Part shown: positions 20,623 to 30,164 of the stretch, in pieces | Layout of the letters: each line of letters opens with the position of its first letter | Position numbering within the stretch: the first letter of the stretch is position 1 | NCBI GenBank assembly: GCA_947460235.1 | Contig: CANHGK010000013.1 | Span: 8,509 to 72,508, forward strand | Length of the DNA stretch: 64,000 nucleotides | Direction of reading: 5' to 3' | From: Paenibacillaceae bacterium | Lineage (GTDB): Bacteria; Bacillota; Bacilli; Paenibacillales; CANHGK01 | Program-made: the position numbers and the translations under genes | Notes under the pieces: generated by a model | What the model was told of the DNA's origin: nothing | Databases searched by the model: none | The model's input: the letters and a program-made list of their open reading frames with translations, nothing else

Positions 20623-21671
20623 AAAAAGGACATCAATCGTGGGAATTCTATAGTTCTCCAACCATTATTTCTAGTGGTACCGTCGTTGGCCCGGATGAAG
20701 GACTTGGTCCGTTAGCAAGACACTTTGATCGAATTCACGGTGATTTGCGTTTGAATCAAGAAAGCTGGGAAAAAGCTGAGCGCGCGTTACTTGAAGAGGC
20801 CGCCACGATCGCCATCGGCAAGGTGAAGTTACGTGAAGAAGATGTCGATTTTTGGATTGCAGGAGATTTAATGAATCAAATCATTAGTAGCAGTTTTGCG
20901 GCTCGTACGCTAGGGATCCCTTATCTTGGTGTATTCGGGGCTTGTTCTACGGCGATGCAAAGTTTAGCACTGTCCGGACTATTGATCGAAAGCGGTGCAG
21001 CAAAACGGATTTTGGCAGGCGCATGCAGTCACCGCGCAACGGCCGAGCGACAATTTCGAAACCCCACTGAATACGGCGCACAAAAACCACCAACCGCTCA
21101 ATTTACGGTAACAGGAGCCGGCGTTGGGTTGATCGTTTCCTCAAGTGACTACGATGAAATTGCCAGCAGACAACCTGAAATCCCGCCTCCAATTCGTGTC
21201 ACGGGTGCAACCATTGGACGCGTCGTAGATATGGGCGTCGATGATCCATATAACATGGGCGCTGCGATGGCACCAGCTGCTGTCGATACGATTCAGGCCC
21301 ATTTGCGTGACTTCGGTCGAACGGCAGAAGATTATGATGTCATCTTCACCGGCGACCTCGGGAATATCGGTCACATCATTGCAAAAGAACTGTTGAACGA
21401 ACAAGGTGTAACGTTCAAATCGAATGCGTTTATGGACTGCGGTATGCTTATTTTTGATCAGCAAAAACAGCAAGTCTGGTCTGGAGGAAGCGGTTGTGGT
21501 TGTGTGGCAACGACAGCCTATGGATATTTACTTAATGAAATGCGCAAAGGAACATGGAAGCGAATTCTGGTTGTGGCAACAGGGGCACTACTCTCACCGG
21601 TATCGTATCAACAAGATGAAACAATTCCATGCATTGCGCATGCCGTTATTCTGGAAGGAGGAAATGTGTAA
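20619..21671 (+). CDS. spoVAD: Stage V sporulation protein AD
   Basis: SWEKAE, GDLMNQ, FGACST, AERQFRNPTEYG, NMGAAMAPAA, TGDLG, GGSGCGC, IPCIAHAV. Confidence 0.97.
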   Translation: MKKGHQSWEFYSSPTIISSGTVVGPDEGLGPLARHFDRIHGDLRLNQESWEKAERALLEEAATIAIGKVKLREEDVDFWIAGDLMNQIISSSFAARTLGIPYLGVFGACSTAMQSLALSGLLIESGAAKRILAGACSHRATAERQFRNPTEYGAQKPPTAQFTVTGAGVGLIVSSSDYDEIASRQPEIPPPIRVTGATIGRVVDMGVDDPYNMGAAMAPAAVDTIQAHLRDFGRTAEDYDVIFTGDLGNIGHIIAKELLNEQGVTFKSNAFMDCGMLIFDQQKQQVWSGGSGCGCVATTAYGYLLNEMRKGTWKRILVVATGALLSPVSYQQDETIPCIAHAVILEGGNV

Positions 21672-22075
21672 TGACACGATGGGAACAGTGGCTAGACTTA
21701 CTGGCCAATAAACCGATGTGGTTAATGTTCGTACTTGCATTCGTAGTTGGCGGAGCAATTTGTTTGATTGGCCAAATTTTAATTGATGTAGCACGATTAA
21801 CTCCGGCACATGCGATGACGACATTGGTCGTTGCTGGAGTTGCACTCGATGCCTTAAATTGGTATGAACCGCTTATTGATTTTGCCGGGGCCGGAGCAAC
21901 GGTGCCAATCACGAGTTTCGGAAATGCGTTATTTCACGGCGCAATGAGCGAATATCATCGCGACGGCTGGATTGGACTGTTAACTGGAATTTTCGAAGTC
22001 ACAAGCGCTGGGATCTCGTGCGCGATTGTGTTTTCTTTTCTCGCTGCATTACTAATTAGGCCTGTAAAAAATTAA
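21671..22075 (+). CDS. spoVAEb: Stage V sporulation protein AEb
   Basis: AFVVGGAICLIGQ, LTPAH, FAGAGATVPITSFGN, FEVTSAGIS. Confidence 0.93.
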   Translation: MTRWEQWLDLLANKPMWLMFVLAFVVGGAICLIGQILIDVARLTPAHAMTTLVVAGVALDALNWYEPLIDFAGAGATVPITSFGNALFHGAMSEYHRDGWIGLLTGIFEVTSAGISCAIVFSFLAALLIRPVKN

Positions 22076-22148
22076 CGCGTATTCCCTTGGATCGCTCCAA
22101 TGAGAACACGCGTTATGGTTTATCTAACATGTTAGGTTGTAGTATTGA

Positions 22149-22222
22149 TGGGCCCTGAGGGACTCGAACCCACGACCAATCGGTTATGAGCCGACCGCTC
22201 TAACCAACTGAGCTAAGGGCCC
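22149..22222 (-). tRNA. tRNA with CAT anticodon, most likely tRNA-Ile2 (lysidine-modified)
   Basis: GGGCCCTTAGCTCAGTTGGTTAGAGC...GGCTCATAACCG...GGTTCGAGTCC...GGGCCCA cloverleaf; CCA not encoded. Confidence 0.9.
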
Positions 22223-22237
22223 TACTAAAAAACGAAA

Positions 22238-22311
<74 letters not shown>

Positions 22312-22332
22312 ACGTCAAAAACGAACCTCTTT

Positions 22333-22361
22333 AATATAACGAATATAAACGTAATATGCAA
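22333..22361 (-). promoter_or_regulatory. SigA promoter of the tRNA pair
   Basis: TTGCAT-N17-TATATT. Confidence 0.7.
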
Positions 22362-22390
22362 TAGGTTCGTTTGCGTTATATGAAATAAAA

Positions 22391-24979
22391 TTATTCAGTC
22401 AAATTGCCAGTAACCCATAAAATCGGTCTACTTGCGAGTAAGCGCTTTGCACCTTTAACTTTGTAGTATACATTCAAGCGGATCGATTTTCCGTAATTGA
22501 TCGATTCTGACATCATCGAATACGGTTTATGAATCGTCAAGGAGTGTACGCCTAGTGCAAATGCACCATCCGTTACAGTGGCTCCGCTTCGGTCCAAATC
22601 AAGTTCATCAGACCAAATCGATTTCCCTGCTTCCGTTGCATATTCAATGATTACTTTACTGTCTTCATTGGAATAAGCAGCATCAGAATTACGGGTTAAT
22701 TGGTAATCCAATTGCAACGTCATTTCCGATTCAATAAACAATGGATGCAGCTCATTAAAAGAAATGGTGTATGGATATGCGTTCATCGATTGAACGGATT
22801 TTGATGGGAATGTCGTATCATGAATTGACCACGCAAAATCATTTACCCATGCATCTGGCGTTTGATCTGAAGTAGCTGCCTTATCATCGGCAACACCTTC
22901 ACCAATCCATAATTGCAAAGTATTTACATCAATTCCCTTTGGGATCGATGCTGAAATGGTCAATAACGCATCTGAAAATGGAGCTAATTTCCCTCCGCTT
23001 ACAGGTACATTTGAAATGCTTGCAGGATACAAATTACCATTCACATTACGCAAGTAACCAAAAAATTTACCCGGTGTTACATAACGAGATTCTTTATTGG
23101 TGAGATTCAACCAAGCAACCAATACAGATGTACCTGAATCGGACTCAAAACGAATCGCATTTTTGTATTGAAGATCTACCCGTTTCCCAGCTTGATTAAT
23201 TGACATTGTTTCGTTTGCAGACAACTGCTTCATCACATCCGCTTTCGACGCAGCATCCATCCGAACAATTTCAGACGATTTGTCAAGCAATCGCAATTGT
23301 ACATTTTGAAAATTCGAAGTATATGGTAGTTTGGTCAGAACCATTACTGTACCAGAAGCCCCCGCAGAGATCGTCGCAATCCCTTGCGGATTTACCCATT
23401 TTGCATCTAATTTCAGTGCATCATCTAGCCAAATTTGAGGCGTGAATGTAGGCAATGAAATCGGTTTTGTATCTGTATTTGTGACAAGAACCCGCAATAC
23501 CAACTCATCAGTTTCATCCCATGGCAAACGGCTGAAACCTACGATTTTAAGCGTTGCTTTTCCGTTTGACGCATAAGACCATGTTTCCCCATTAATAACT
23601 TTAGTAACTGGTGCAGCTACTTCTTCAGTAATTGGCGGAAGTGCAAACATCGCAATTGGTTTGTTTGCAACCCCTTTTGCATCTCGAGCAGGACCAGAAA
23701 AAACCCATAATTGCGCATTGGTCATGGAAGCACCGCTTGGAACGCTTATTTTACCTTTGTAATCTCGAACGGTTTGTGGCAACCAAATCGAATCTTGATT
23801 GTCGATTACAGGTGCCACAGTTAATGGATATTGAACCCCGCTGGCCGTTTGTAACACATATGAATACTGTGGTACTGGAACATCTACGGTTCCACGTTGT
23901 TCCATCGTCCATGTCACTTGCGGAGTTACCGTTTCATCGCTAGTCGTAAATGTATATTTCGCTACGGTCATCCGAAGTGGTTGCAAATTCCACTTCCACA
24001 TCGCAGCTTGTCCAATCGAAGTGAGACCAATACTAGAAGACATTGAAGTACTTGGAAGAGGACACATCATCGTCATTACCGGAACCGATAACGACGCAAG
24101 TGATGACGAACTACTTGATGTTACAACCTGTGTCACCCAAAGTTGCAATTGCTTTTCATTTAATTCTTCTGGAATCGTTGATAATAAGCTGAACGTTCTA
24201 GGTGAACGCGGATTCGCAGGACCTTTATCATTGCTTGCACCGTCTAACGGGAAAAACAATCCTTCGTTTGACCTCAAATAATAACCAAATGATGGAAGCT
24301 CAACGGCGCGGATGCCTTTGTTTTCGATCACAACCTCGATTTGAGCAATTCGCTCTCCCGCATCATTCGTAGAAATGTTTAATTTTTTTAACGATAAATT
24401 AAGTGGGACACCTTGTGATAACAGTTTGCCAGTTGTATTTACTGGAAGCACCGAATTCGCAATTGGACCTGCTTTTTTGATCAAACCAATGCTTCGTTGA
24501 AAAAGTTTGTTACTAAAATCCCAACGAACGATTTGTACTTGAAGGTTATTCCAACCAAGTTCAGCAGGTACAACCGCATAGTAACTTAATACAATGGTTT
24601 CCCCAACCGAGATACGCGTGCGATTCCGATCTGAAGGCATCAATTGAACCGAGAACGATGAACCCTTTAACGTGGATAGTTTTACCCAGTAATCCATCAT
24701 ATCAACATCTTTTTTGCCTTCATTCTTAAACGAAACAGCAAAACGCAACACATTGCCGAGATCCCCCGGCATCTCGTATGCTTCCTTCCAAACAAATTTC
24801 ATCCCATTCGAATCGGCAACGGTTCCTGCCGGGAGAATCACTTTCGGAGTAACAGGGGCAATCGTTGGCTTTTTCACCGTTGCAGCCACACCGGCTTGGA
24901 GTGCACAAACAATTACTAGAGATGCAATAATGCATATCGAGACAAATAATTTAAATGGATTGGTATTTGCGCGTTGCAT
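22391..24979 (-). CDS. Large secreted beta-rich protein (repeated Ig-like/DUF4352-like modules)
   Basis: Signal peptide; recurring .N.G...V..P.(F/Y).Y.L....G..(F/Y)P pattern; GGAGG RBS. Confidence 0.7.
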   Translation of the reverse strand: MQRANTNPFKLFVSICIIASLVIVCALQAGVAATVKKPTIAPVTPKVILPAGTVADSNGMKFVWKEAYEMPGDLGNVLRFAVSFKNEGKKDVDMMDYWVKLSTLKGSSFSVQLMPSDRNRTRISVGETIVLSYYAVVPAELGWNNLQVQIVRWDFSNKLFQRSIGLIKKAGPIANSVLPVNTTGKLLSQGVPLNLSLKKLNISTNDAGERIAQIEVVIENKGIRAVELPSFGYYLRSNEGLFFPLDGASNDKGPANPRSPRTFSLLSTIPEELNEKQLQLWVTQVVTSSSSSSLASLSVPVMTMMCPLPSTSMSSSIGLTSIGQAAMWKWNLQPLRMTVAKYTFTTSDETVTPQVTWTMEQRGTVDVPVPQYSYVLQTASGVQYPLTVAPVIDNQDSIWLPQTVRDYKGKISVPSGASMTNAQLWVFSGPARDAKGVANKPIAMFALPPITEEVAAPVTKVINGETWSYASNGKATLKIVGFSRLPWDETDELVLRVLVTNTDTKPISLPTFTPQIWLDDALKLDAKWVNPQGIATISAGASGTVMVLTKLPYTSNFQNVQLRLLDKSSEIVRMDAASKADVMKQLSANETMSINQAGKRVDLQYKNAIRFESDSGTSVLVAWLNLTNKESRYVTPGKFFGYLRNVNGNLYPASISNVPVSGGKLAPFSDALLTISASIPKGIDVNTLQLWIGEGVADDKAATSDQTPDAWVNDFAWSIHDTTFPSKSVQSMNAYPYTISFNELHPLFIESEMTLQLDYQLTRNSDAAYSNEDSKVIIEYATEAGKSIWSDELDLDRSGATVTDGAFALGVHSLTIHKPYSMMSESINYGKSIRLNVYYKVKGAKRLLASRPILWVTGNLTE

Positions 24980-25028
24980 GATTCCCCTCCTTTTCCGAAT
25001 TTCACAATTGCTTGCCGGTCTTCATTTA

Positions 25029-26447
25029 TTAATCCGCACGCAACATTGGATTATTAGGTGTGTTGGTTTTTATTGTTTTTAATTGTTGATTGCCTTCCGT
25101 TTGCCATTCCTTTAGCGCTTGTCGGACTTCTTTTTTTCCTTCAATGACAAGTTGTAATTTTTGACGGCCAATATCAAAGATGGAATAGATGTTTGGATAT
25201 TTTACTGAAAGACGATCATTATTTTGCTCAAAAGACGGCGTCAACGTGTAAAAGGCTTTCACATTATAATTTGCACCACTAATCGGTTTAATAAATTCTT
25301 GACGCGAAACAAGTTGATATAAATTACGGGAGCGAAGTTTTGCCCAATCATCACCATTAATAAATTTCAGCAATTGCCATGCGCCTTCTTGGTTTTGGGC
25401 TTTTACATTGATCGCAAAAATCCCATCTAAATAAATTGGACTACCAATTCCAGGCGCATCCGGATGGGTTGGTAACGTCACGACATCCCAATCAAACGGT
25501 TTGAAATTTTTGATTTTTGATGCGTTTTTGTTTGCATCAACAATATTGTTAATGTCCGCATTGCTGACGACCATCATCGCCGCTTGCCCAGACATAAACG
25601 GATCTCCAAAAAAAGGATTTGGATTCATTTGTGAATAATCCATTGGCCCAGTCATAATTTTATCTTTTTGATTCTTAATTAATGTTTTCCATACATTTTC
25701 CCAATCACTTGAATCAACAGTCATCGTTGTAGCTGTGTCATCGACCATATTCAAACCTAATGAAGAGGTGTATGCATTCATATCATAAAAAATCTCACCA
25801 GAACGTCCCAGTGCCAACCCGAATGTGCGCTCTTTTCCGTCTCCATGCGCAACGCGGCGAGCCAAATTAAAAATATCATCCCACGTCATCCCGTCTTTCG
25901 GAAACGGAACGCCTGCATCGGTAAATATTTTTTTATTAAAAGCGAGTGCATTCCCTGTAAATGTAGGTGCGAGCGCATATAATTTGCCGTCACCCATCGT
26001 TTTCAAACCTTCACGAACAGAAGGAACAATTTTATTCAAATCAAATTGATCACGCTGCGCAAGTGGATCAAGTGGTGCAAGCAAGTTTTCATCAATCAAA
26101 TTTGGAATATCGTTCGGACTAATATGCACCAAATCAGGTGGATTAGAGCCGGTCATTATTTTTTTTAAGTTCTCAAGTGGATCCACAATCGTCTGCGGAT
26201 CATTATTGTAGCGATACATTCCATCATCCGTTGCCATCGTGTATTCGATTTTTGTTTTTGGATGAGAGTACTCAAACAAATCCGTAAATTGTTGACGCGT
26301 ATAATCTTCTCCCATTCCGGTATCATCAGCAATTCGGATAATTTGTTCTTTGTCCGCGTTAGGATCATCGGTTTTCTTACATGCAGTTGCCGTTAAAACA
26401 AGCGATACAATTGTCGCTACACTAACTATTCTTACCCATTTTTGCAT
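25029..26447 (-). CDS. Extracellular solute-binding lipoprotein (carbohydrate-type SBP family 1)
   Basis: Lipobox LTATAC; PPDLV, GKLYALAP, FNKKIF..AGV.FP...TWDD, F.SGQAAM, WDVVTLP, AWQLLKF. Confidence 0.88.
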   Translation of the reverse strand: MQKWVRIVSVATIVSLVLTATACKKTDDPNADKEQIIRIADDTGMGEDYTRQQFTDLFEYSHPKTKIEYTMATDDGMYRYNNDPQTIVDPLENLKKIMTGSNPPDLVHISPNDIPNLIDENLLAPLDPLAQRDQFDLNKIVPSVREGLKTMGDGKLYALAPTFTGNALAFNKKIFTDAGVPFPKDGMTWDDIFNLARRVAHGDGKERTFGLALGRSGEIFYDMNAYTSSLGLNMVDDTATTMTVDSSDWENVWKTLIKNQKDKIMTGPMDYSQMNPNPFFGDPFMSGQAAMMVVSNADINNIVDANKNASKIKNFKPFDWDVVTLPTHPDAPGIGSPIYLDGIFAINVKAQNQEGAWQLLKFINGDDWAKLRSRNLYQLVSRQEFIKPISGANYNVKAFYTLTPSFEQNNDRLSVKYPNIYSIFDIGRQKLQLVIEGKKEVRQALKEWQTEGNQQLKTIKTNTPNNPMLRAD

Positions 26448-26454
26448 TTTAAGT

Positions 26455-27300
26455 TCATCCTTCCGTAGGTTTCAAATAATTTGGCGGATAAATGCGAATA
26501 TGATCTCCGTGCCATTCCATTCGCGCTTTATCGTTAATGTTTAAATCCGTAAACCAACCTGCTGGAGCCTGTAAACGACCATTTCGGTCGACAACCACAA
26601 ACTCTTCATGTGTATGTTCATCTTGTTTTTTTAGCCATTCACTACTTGTGAGTCCATCTCGGATCGATACAACACGGTCTACCTGCTGAGCGAGTGCCAA
26701 ATCATGCGTAACAATAACAATCGTGACGCCAAACTGTTTATTTAGTCCGCGAAAAATATCCATAATTTGTGCGGAAGTTTGCGTGTCGACGGACCCAGTA
26801 GGTTCATCGGCCAGTAACAATTTTGGATGGTTCGCGAGTGAAATCGCAATGGCAACACGTTGTTGTTCCCCGCCAGACAATTGGACGAGTTTTTGGTGCA
26901 TCCGATGAGTAAGCCCGACCGCCTCGAGTAACTCAAGTGCATACGCGCGGTCACTCGTTCCATTCAAAATCATCGGTAATTCAATATTTTCTAGAGCAGA
27001 TAAATAAGGCATTAAATTTCTCGCATTATTTTGCCACACGAAACCGACGGTATTGCGTTTATATTCGACAAGTTGCTGTTCTTTCACCGTAAGCAAATTC
27101 CAACCATTGACGAGCACCGTACCCGCACTTGGACGATCCAAACCGCCCAATATATTCATTAAGGTTGATTTACCACTTCCACTATTACCAATAATGGCAA
27201 TCATTTCACCATCATCCACCTGCAAATTTAGCCCCTGAAGTGCGACAACTTCCACATCTGATGATTTGAAAATTTTAACCAAACCTTCACACGTAATCAT
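26455..27300 (-). CDS. ABC ATP-binding protein (LolD/MacB type) with C-terminal AbrB-like extension
   Basis: GNSGSGKST, LSGGEQQRVAIA, LLADEPTG, VTHD; tail VVVDRNGRLQAP. Confidence 0.92.
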   Translation of the reverse strand: MITCEGLVKIFKSSDVEVVALQGLNLQVDDGEMIAIIGNSGSGKSTLMNILGGLDRPSAGTVLVNGWNLLTVKEQQLVEYKRNTVGFVWQNNARNLMPYLSALENIELPMILNGTSDRAYALELLEAVGLTHRMHQKLVQLSGGEQQRVAIAISLANHPKLLLADEPTGSVDTQTSAQIMDIFRGLNKQFGVTIVIVTHDLALAQQVDRVVSIRDGLTSSEWLKKQDEHTHEEFVVVDRNGRLQAPAGWFTDLNINDKARMEWHGDHIRIYPPNYLKPTEG

Positions 27301-27302
27301 GA

Positions 27303-30161
27303 TTATCGCTCCTCTCCGAGTTTCACCGCTTGATGAATGCGTAATCTGCGAATAAATAAATTTAAGATCATAAATCCAACGAGAATCATCACCAGCACAA
27401 CGGACATTAATTCAATCGTATCTTGCGCTTCAAATACAATTCGGAACGGTGGCAATTGAGCATCGGCTTGTTCTGTCGTTTGTAAAAACGGTAAAAACCA
27501 TTTACTCACAAGTTGTCCAAATAATAAGCCAAGGCCAATTGATGTTCCAGATGTTAGCAATTGCTCGAACAGCAACATTCCGGTCAACTGAGATTTCGAT
27601 AATCCAGATGCGCGCAAAATCCCTAGTTGAACAACTCGTTTTGATAGTGCAAATACCCAAAACAAGATATAACCAAGAAATGACACAATCACGGTCAATA
27701 AAAATCCCATACTCAAAATTCCAAATACACCACCACGAGACGGTAGTTTTTGTTGAGTAATGAGTGCATTTCGCACATCCAACACATCAGCGAGTATAAT
27801 TTGCTTTTGCTGTAATTGTTCGATGATCGGAGTTAACGGAGCACCTGTTTTCATTTTCATCCAGACCGTATAAGGTATCGTGCCTACCTGATCGTACACA
27901 TAATCCAAATTCGCAATAAAAAACGGTCGCTCTCTTGGATCTAACGATGGCCAATAATCAACCATCGCACTAACGACCAATTCAACTGGTTGGTCATCGA
28001 CAATTAAGGTTACCGTATCCCCTAAGTTCACCTGTTCGTCATGTGCCCATTTGGAAGAAACGATTACTGCCTCCTCCATATCACCCAACATCTTTAAATA
28101 ATAAAAAGGATGTACCGGATACAAATCTCGGCGGAACCAAGCAACTTTCGCAAAATCGACATTGTCGAGTGCCATCAAATTCGCTTCACCAGTCGATCTT
28201 CCAGCAATAATCGCGTTCGTTTTTTGTTTCAAAACACGCGCGGTAGCTTCAACGCCCTGCAAAGTACCGAACACTTCGTATGGCGGTTCGTTATAGGAAA
28301 CTGGTTGAATGTCTGGTTTGTCCGGCTTGGCGGTTTGAGACGGAGACGCCCCGTTTGCGGAACCAGATGGTTTTTTTGTCGGTTTGGGTTGATTCGGAAC
28401 AAATGAATCCGCAACACTTTCCCAAACTGCTGTCATTTGGACATCCGTTCCATATTGATAACGAACACGATCTTCACTATTCGTATCCATCGTTCGTGCG
28501 GCCGCTGCATTATAAATACCAAGTCCGATCGTCAACATCAACAACAGCATCACCGGATAATACACAGCCGTTGAACGAGATAATTGAGTGCTTGTCAAAT
28601 AAAAACTAACAGGCAACCAACGATGATTCAGTTTCGTTAATAATCTCAAAAGATAAGGCAATAAGCGAAGTGTAAATAATCCCATACCCGCAATCGCAAG
28701 TGCGGGAACCATAAACAACACGGGTTGCAGCTGTAATTCAGCACCCGATAGGCCTGTCTGCTCGGTTAGCCATTGTTGATTCTGCATCATGTAATATCCA
28801 TATCCTGCAACGCCCATGAAAATAATATCAATTCCAAAGCGATGCCAAAACGGATTGGACGCGTTGCGTGATGTTTGCTGCTTTAAGCGTACAATAGACG
28901 TTTTCGCATTCAAAATGACCGGAATTGAGTATGCAAGTACTGCAATCACCACTGCAATCGTTCCATAAAAAATCGTGTCCGATCCAATGCCAACCGGGAT
29001 CGACTGCCTTTGCACGAATTCCAAAAATCCGTTGGCTGCACCAATGCTTTTCGCCATCACGAATCCAAGTGGGATCCCTGCGATAAGCGCAAGGACGCCT
29101 AATCCGGCAGCATCAAGCAATACATATGCAGTCAATTGCCTAAAACTCGCACCCCTGCTTTGAAGCACCGCAAATTCGGTGCGTTGCCTTTCCGCTGATT
29201 GTTGCGCGCTGATCACGATAAAGACAAGAATTAACATAATCATCGGTAATGCGAGTGCGAGTAGCAGCGCCTGTAGCGCATTACTACGTTCTCGGAATGT
29301 ATCTAACAATCCTTGAAATGAAATATCCACATGCGTATCTGGTAATCTGTCAAATACTTCACGATCTAAGCGCTGAAGCGTTCGAGATACCCCTGCGATT
29401 TGAGTCGATTGAATCGACTGCAAATCATAAACTGTAAACCAGTATCCAAGGTTGAGCGGATATTCTTTCTGGATAATAAGTGTGTTTTCTAACCACGATT
29501 CATCGACAAACAACCCATTAAGCAGCGCTGACATTCCCTCATACCAATACGGATCATTTTCGTTTTTCGGTTTGAATACACCGGTTATTTGGACACGCAA
29601 TTTTTTCTTGCCGGGTACTTTATAATCAAACTGATCGCCAATTCTTAAATTATAACGATCGATTGCATCTTCCAACACCATGACAGGGATGATCGTTGAT
29701 AATGATTTTGGTTTCGAAAAAGCACCTTGAACCACATCGATGTGATTTGCAAAATCACTCATTGCCATCATTGCCATTTGTCTGCGTTTACTAGCATCGG
29801 TTTTGTCAAAATCAACAACCTGTAAAGCCGTAGAACGAAGTGCCAACGTCCGAATCGATATCGTTTTGGGCAATCCCAAATCATCTGAGAAGGTTTGATT
29901 GATGTATTGATTCACTTGCGACCACGATTCTTGTTTAATCGGATCTGTTGCGGTGCGCTGATACCGAATCAACACGGACCCAGCAGGCATTCCATTTTGC
30001 ACTGCGAACAACGTCTTTGTAATGACACGTTTTAATGCACCGTCAGCATACATCGGAATGCTCGTCGTAAACGCGACCACCAACACCAACCCAGCCCAAG
30101 TACTTATCGTCAACCACTTATAATTGACCCATTTACGCCATAATAATTTGAACAACCGCAT
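27303..30161 (-). CDS. FtsX/MacB-like ABC permease (duplicated architecture)
   Basis: Two large extracytoplasmic domains; EFAVLQSRGAS and LGILRASGLS FtsX motifs. Confidence 0.88.
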   Translation of the reverse strand: MRLFKLLWRKWVNYKWLTISTWAGLVLVVAFTTSIPMYADGALKRVITKTLFAVQNGMPAGSVLIRYQRTATDPIKQESWSQVNQYINQTFSDDLGLPKTISIRTLALRSTALQVVDFDKTDASKRRQMAMMAMSDFANHIDVVQGAFSKPKSLSTIIPVMVLEDAIDRYNLRIGDQFDYKVPGKKKLRVQITGVFKPKNENDPYWYEGMSALLNGLFVDESWLENTLIIQKEYPLNLGYWFTVYDLQSIQSTQIAGVSRTLQRLDREVFDRLPDTHVDISFQGLLDTFRERSNALQALLLALALPMIMLILVFIVISAQQSAERQRTEFAVLQSRGASFRQLTAYVLLDAAGLGVLALIAGIPLGFVMAKSIGAANGFLEFVQRQSIPVGIGSDTIFYGTIAVVIAVLAYSIPVILNAKTSIVRLKQQTSRNASNPFWHRFGIDIIFMGVAGYGYYMMQNQQWLTEQTGLSGAELQLQPVLFMVPALAIAGMGLFTLRLLPYLLRLLTKLNHRWLPVSFYLTSTQLSRSTAVYYPVMLLLMLTIGLGIYNAAAARTMDTNSEDRVRYQYGTDVQMTAVWESVADSFVPNQPKPTKKPSGSANGASPSQTAKPDKPDIQPVSYNEPPYEVFGTLQGVEATARVLKQKTNAIIAGRSTGEANLMALDNVDFAKVAWFRRDLYPVHPFYYLKMLGDMEEAVIVSSKWAHDEQVNLGDTVTLIVDDQPVELVVSAMVDYWPSLDPRERPFFIANLDYVYDQVGTIPYTVWMKMKTGAPLTPIIEQLQQKQIILADVLDVRNALITQQKLPSRGGVFGILSMGFLLTVIVSFLGYILFWVFALSKRVVQLGILRASGLSKSQLTGMLLFEQLLTSGTSIGLGLLFGQLVSKWFLPFLQTTEQADAQLPPFRIVFEAQDTIELMSVVLVMILVGFMILNLFIRRLRIHQAVKLGEER

Positions 30162-30164
30162 CTT

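Noticed and set aside
18822-22150. tRNA-anchored genomic island carrying the spoVA2-like genes
   Set aside because: No duplicated tRNA 3' end, integrase, transposase or terminal inverted repeats found
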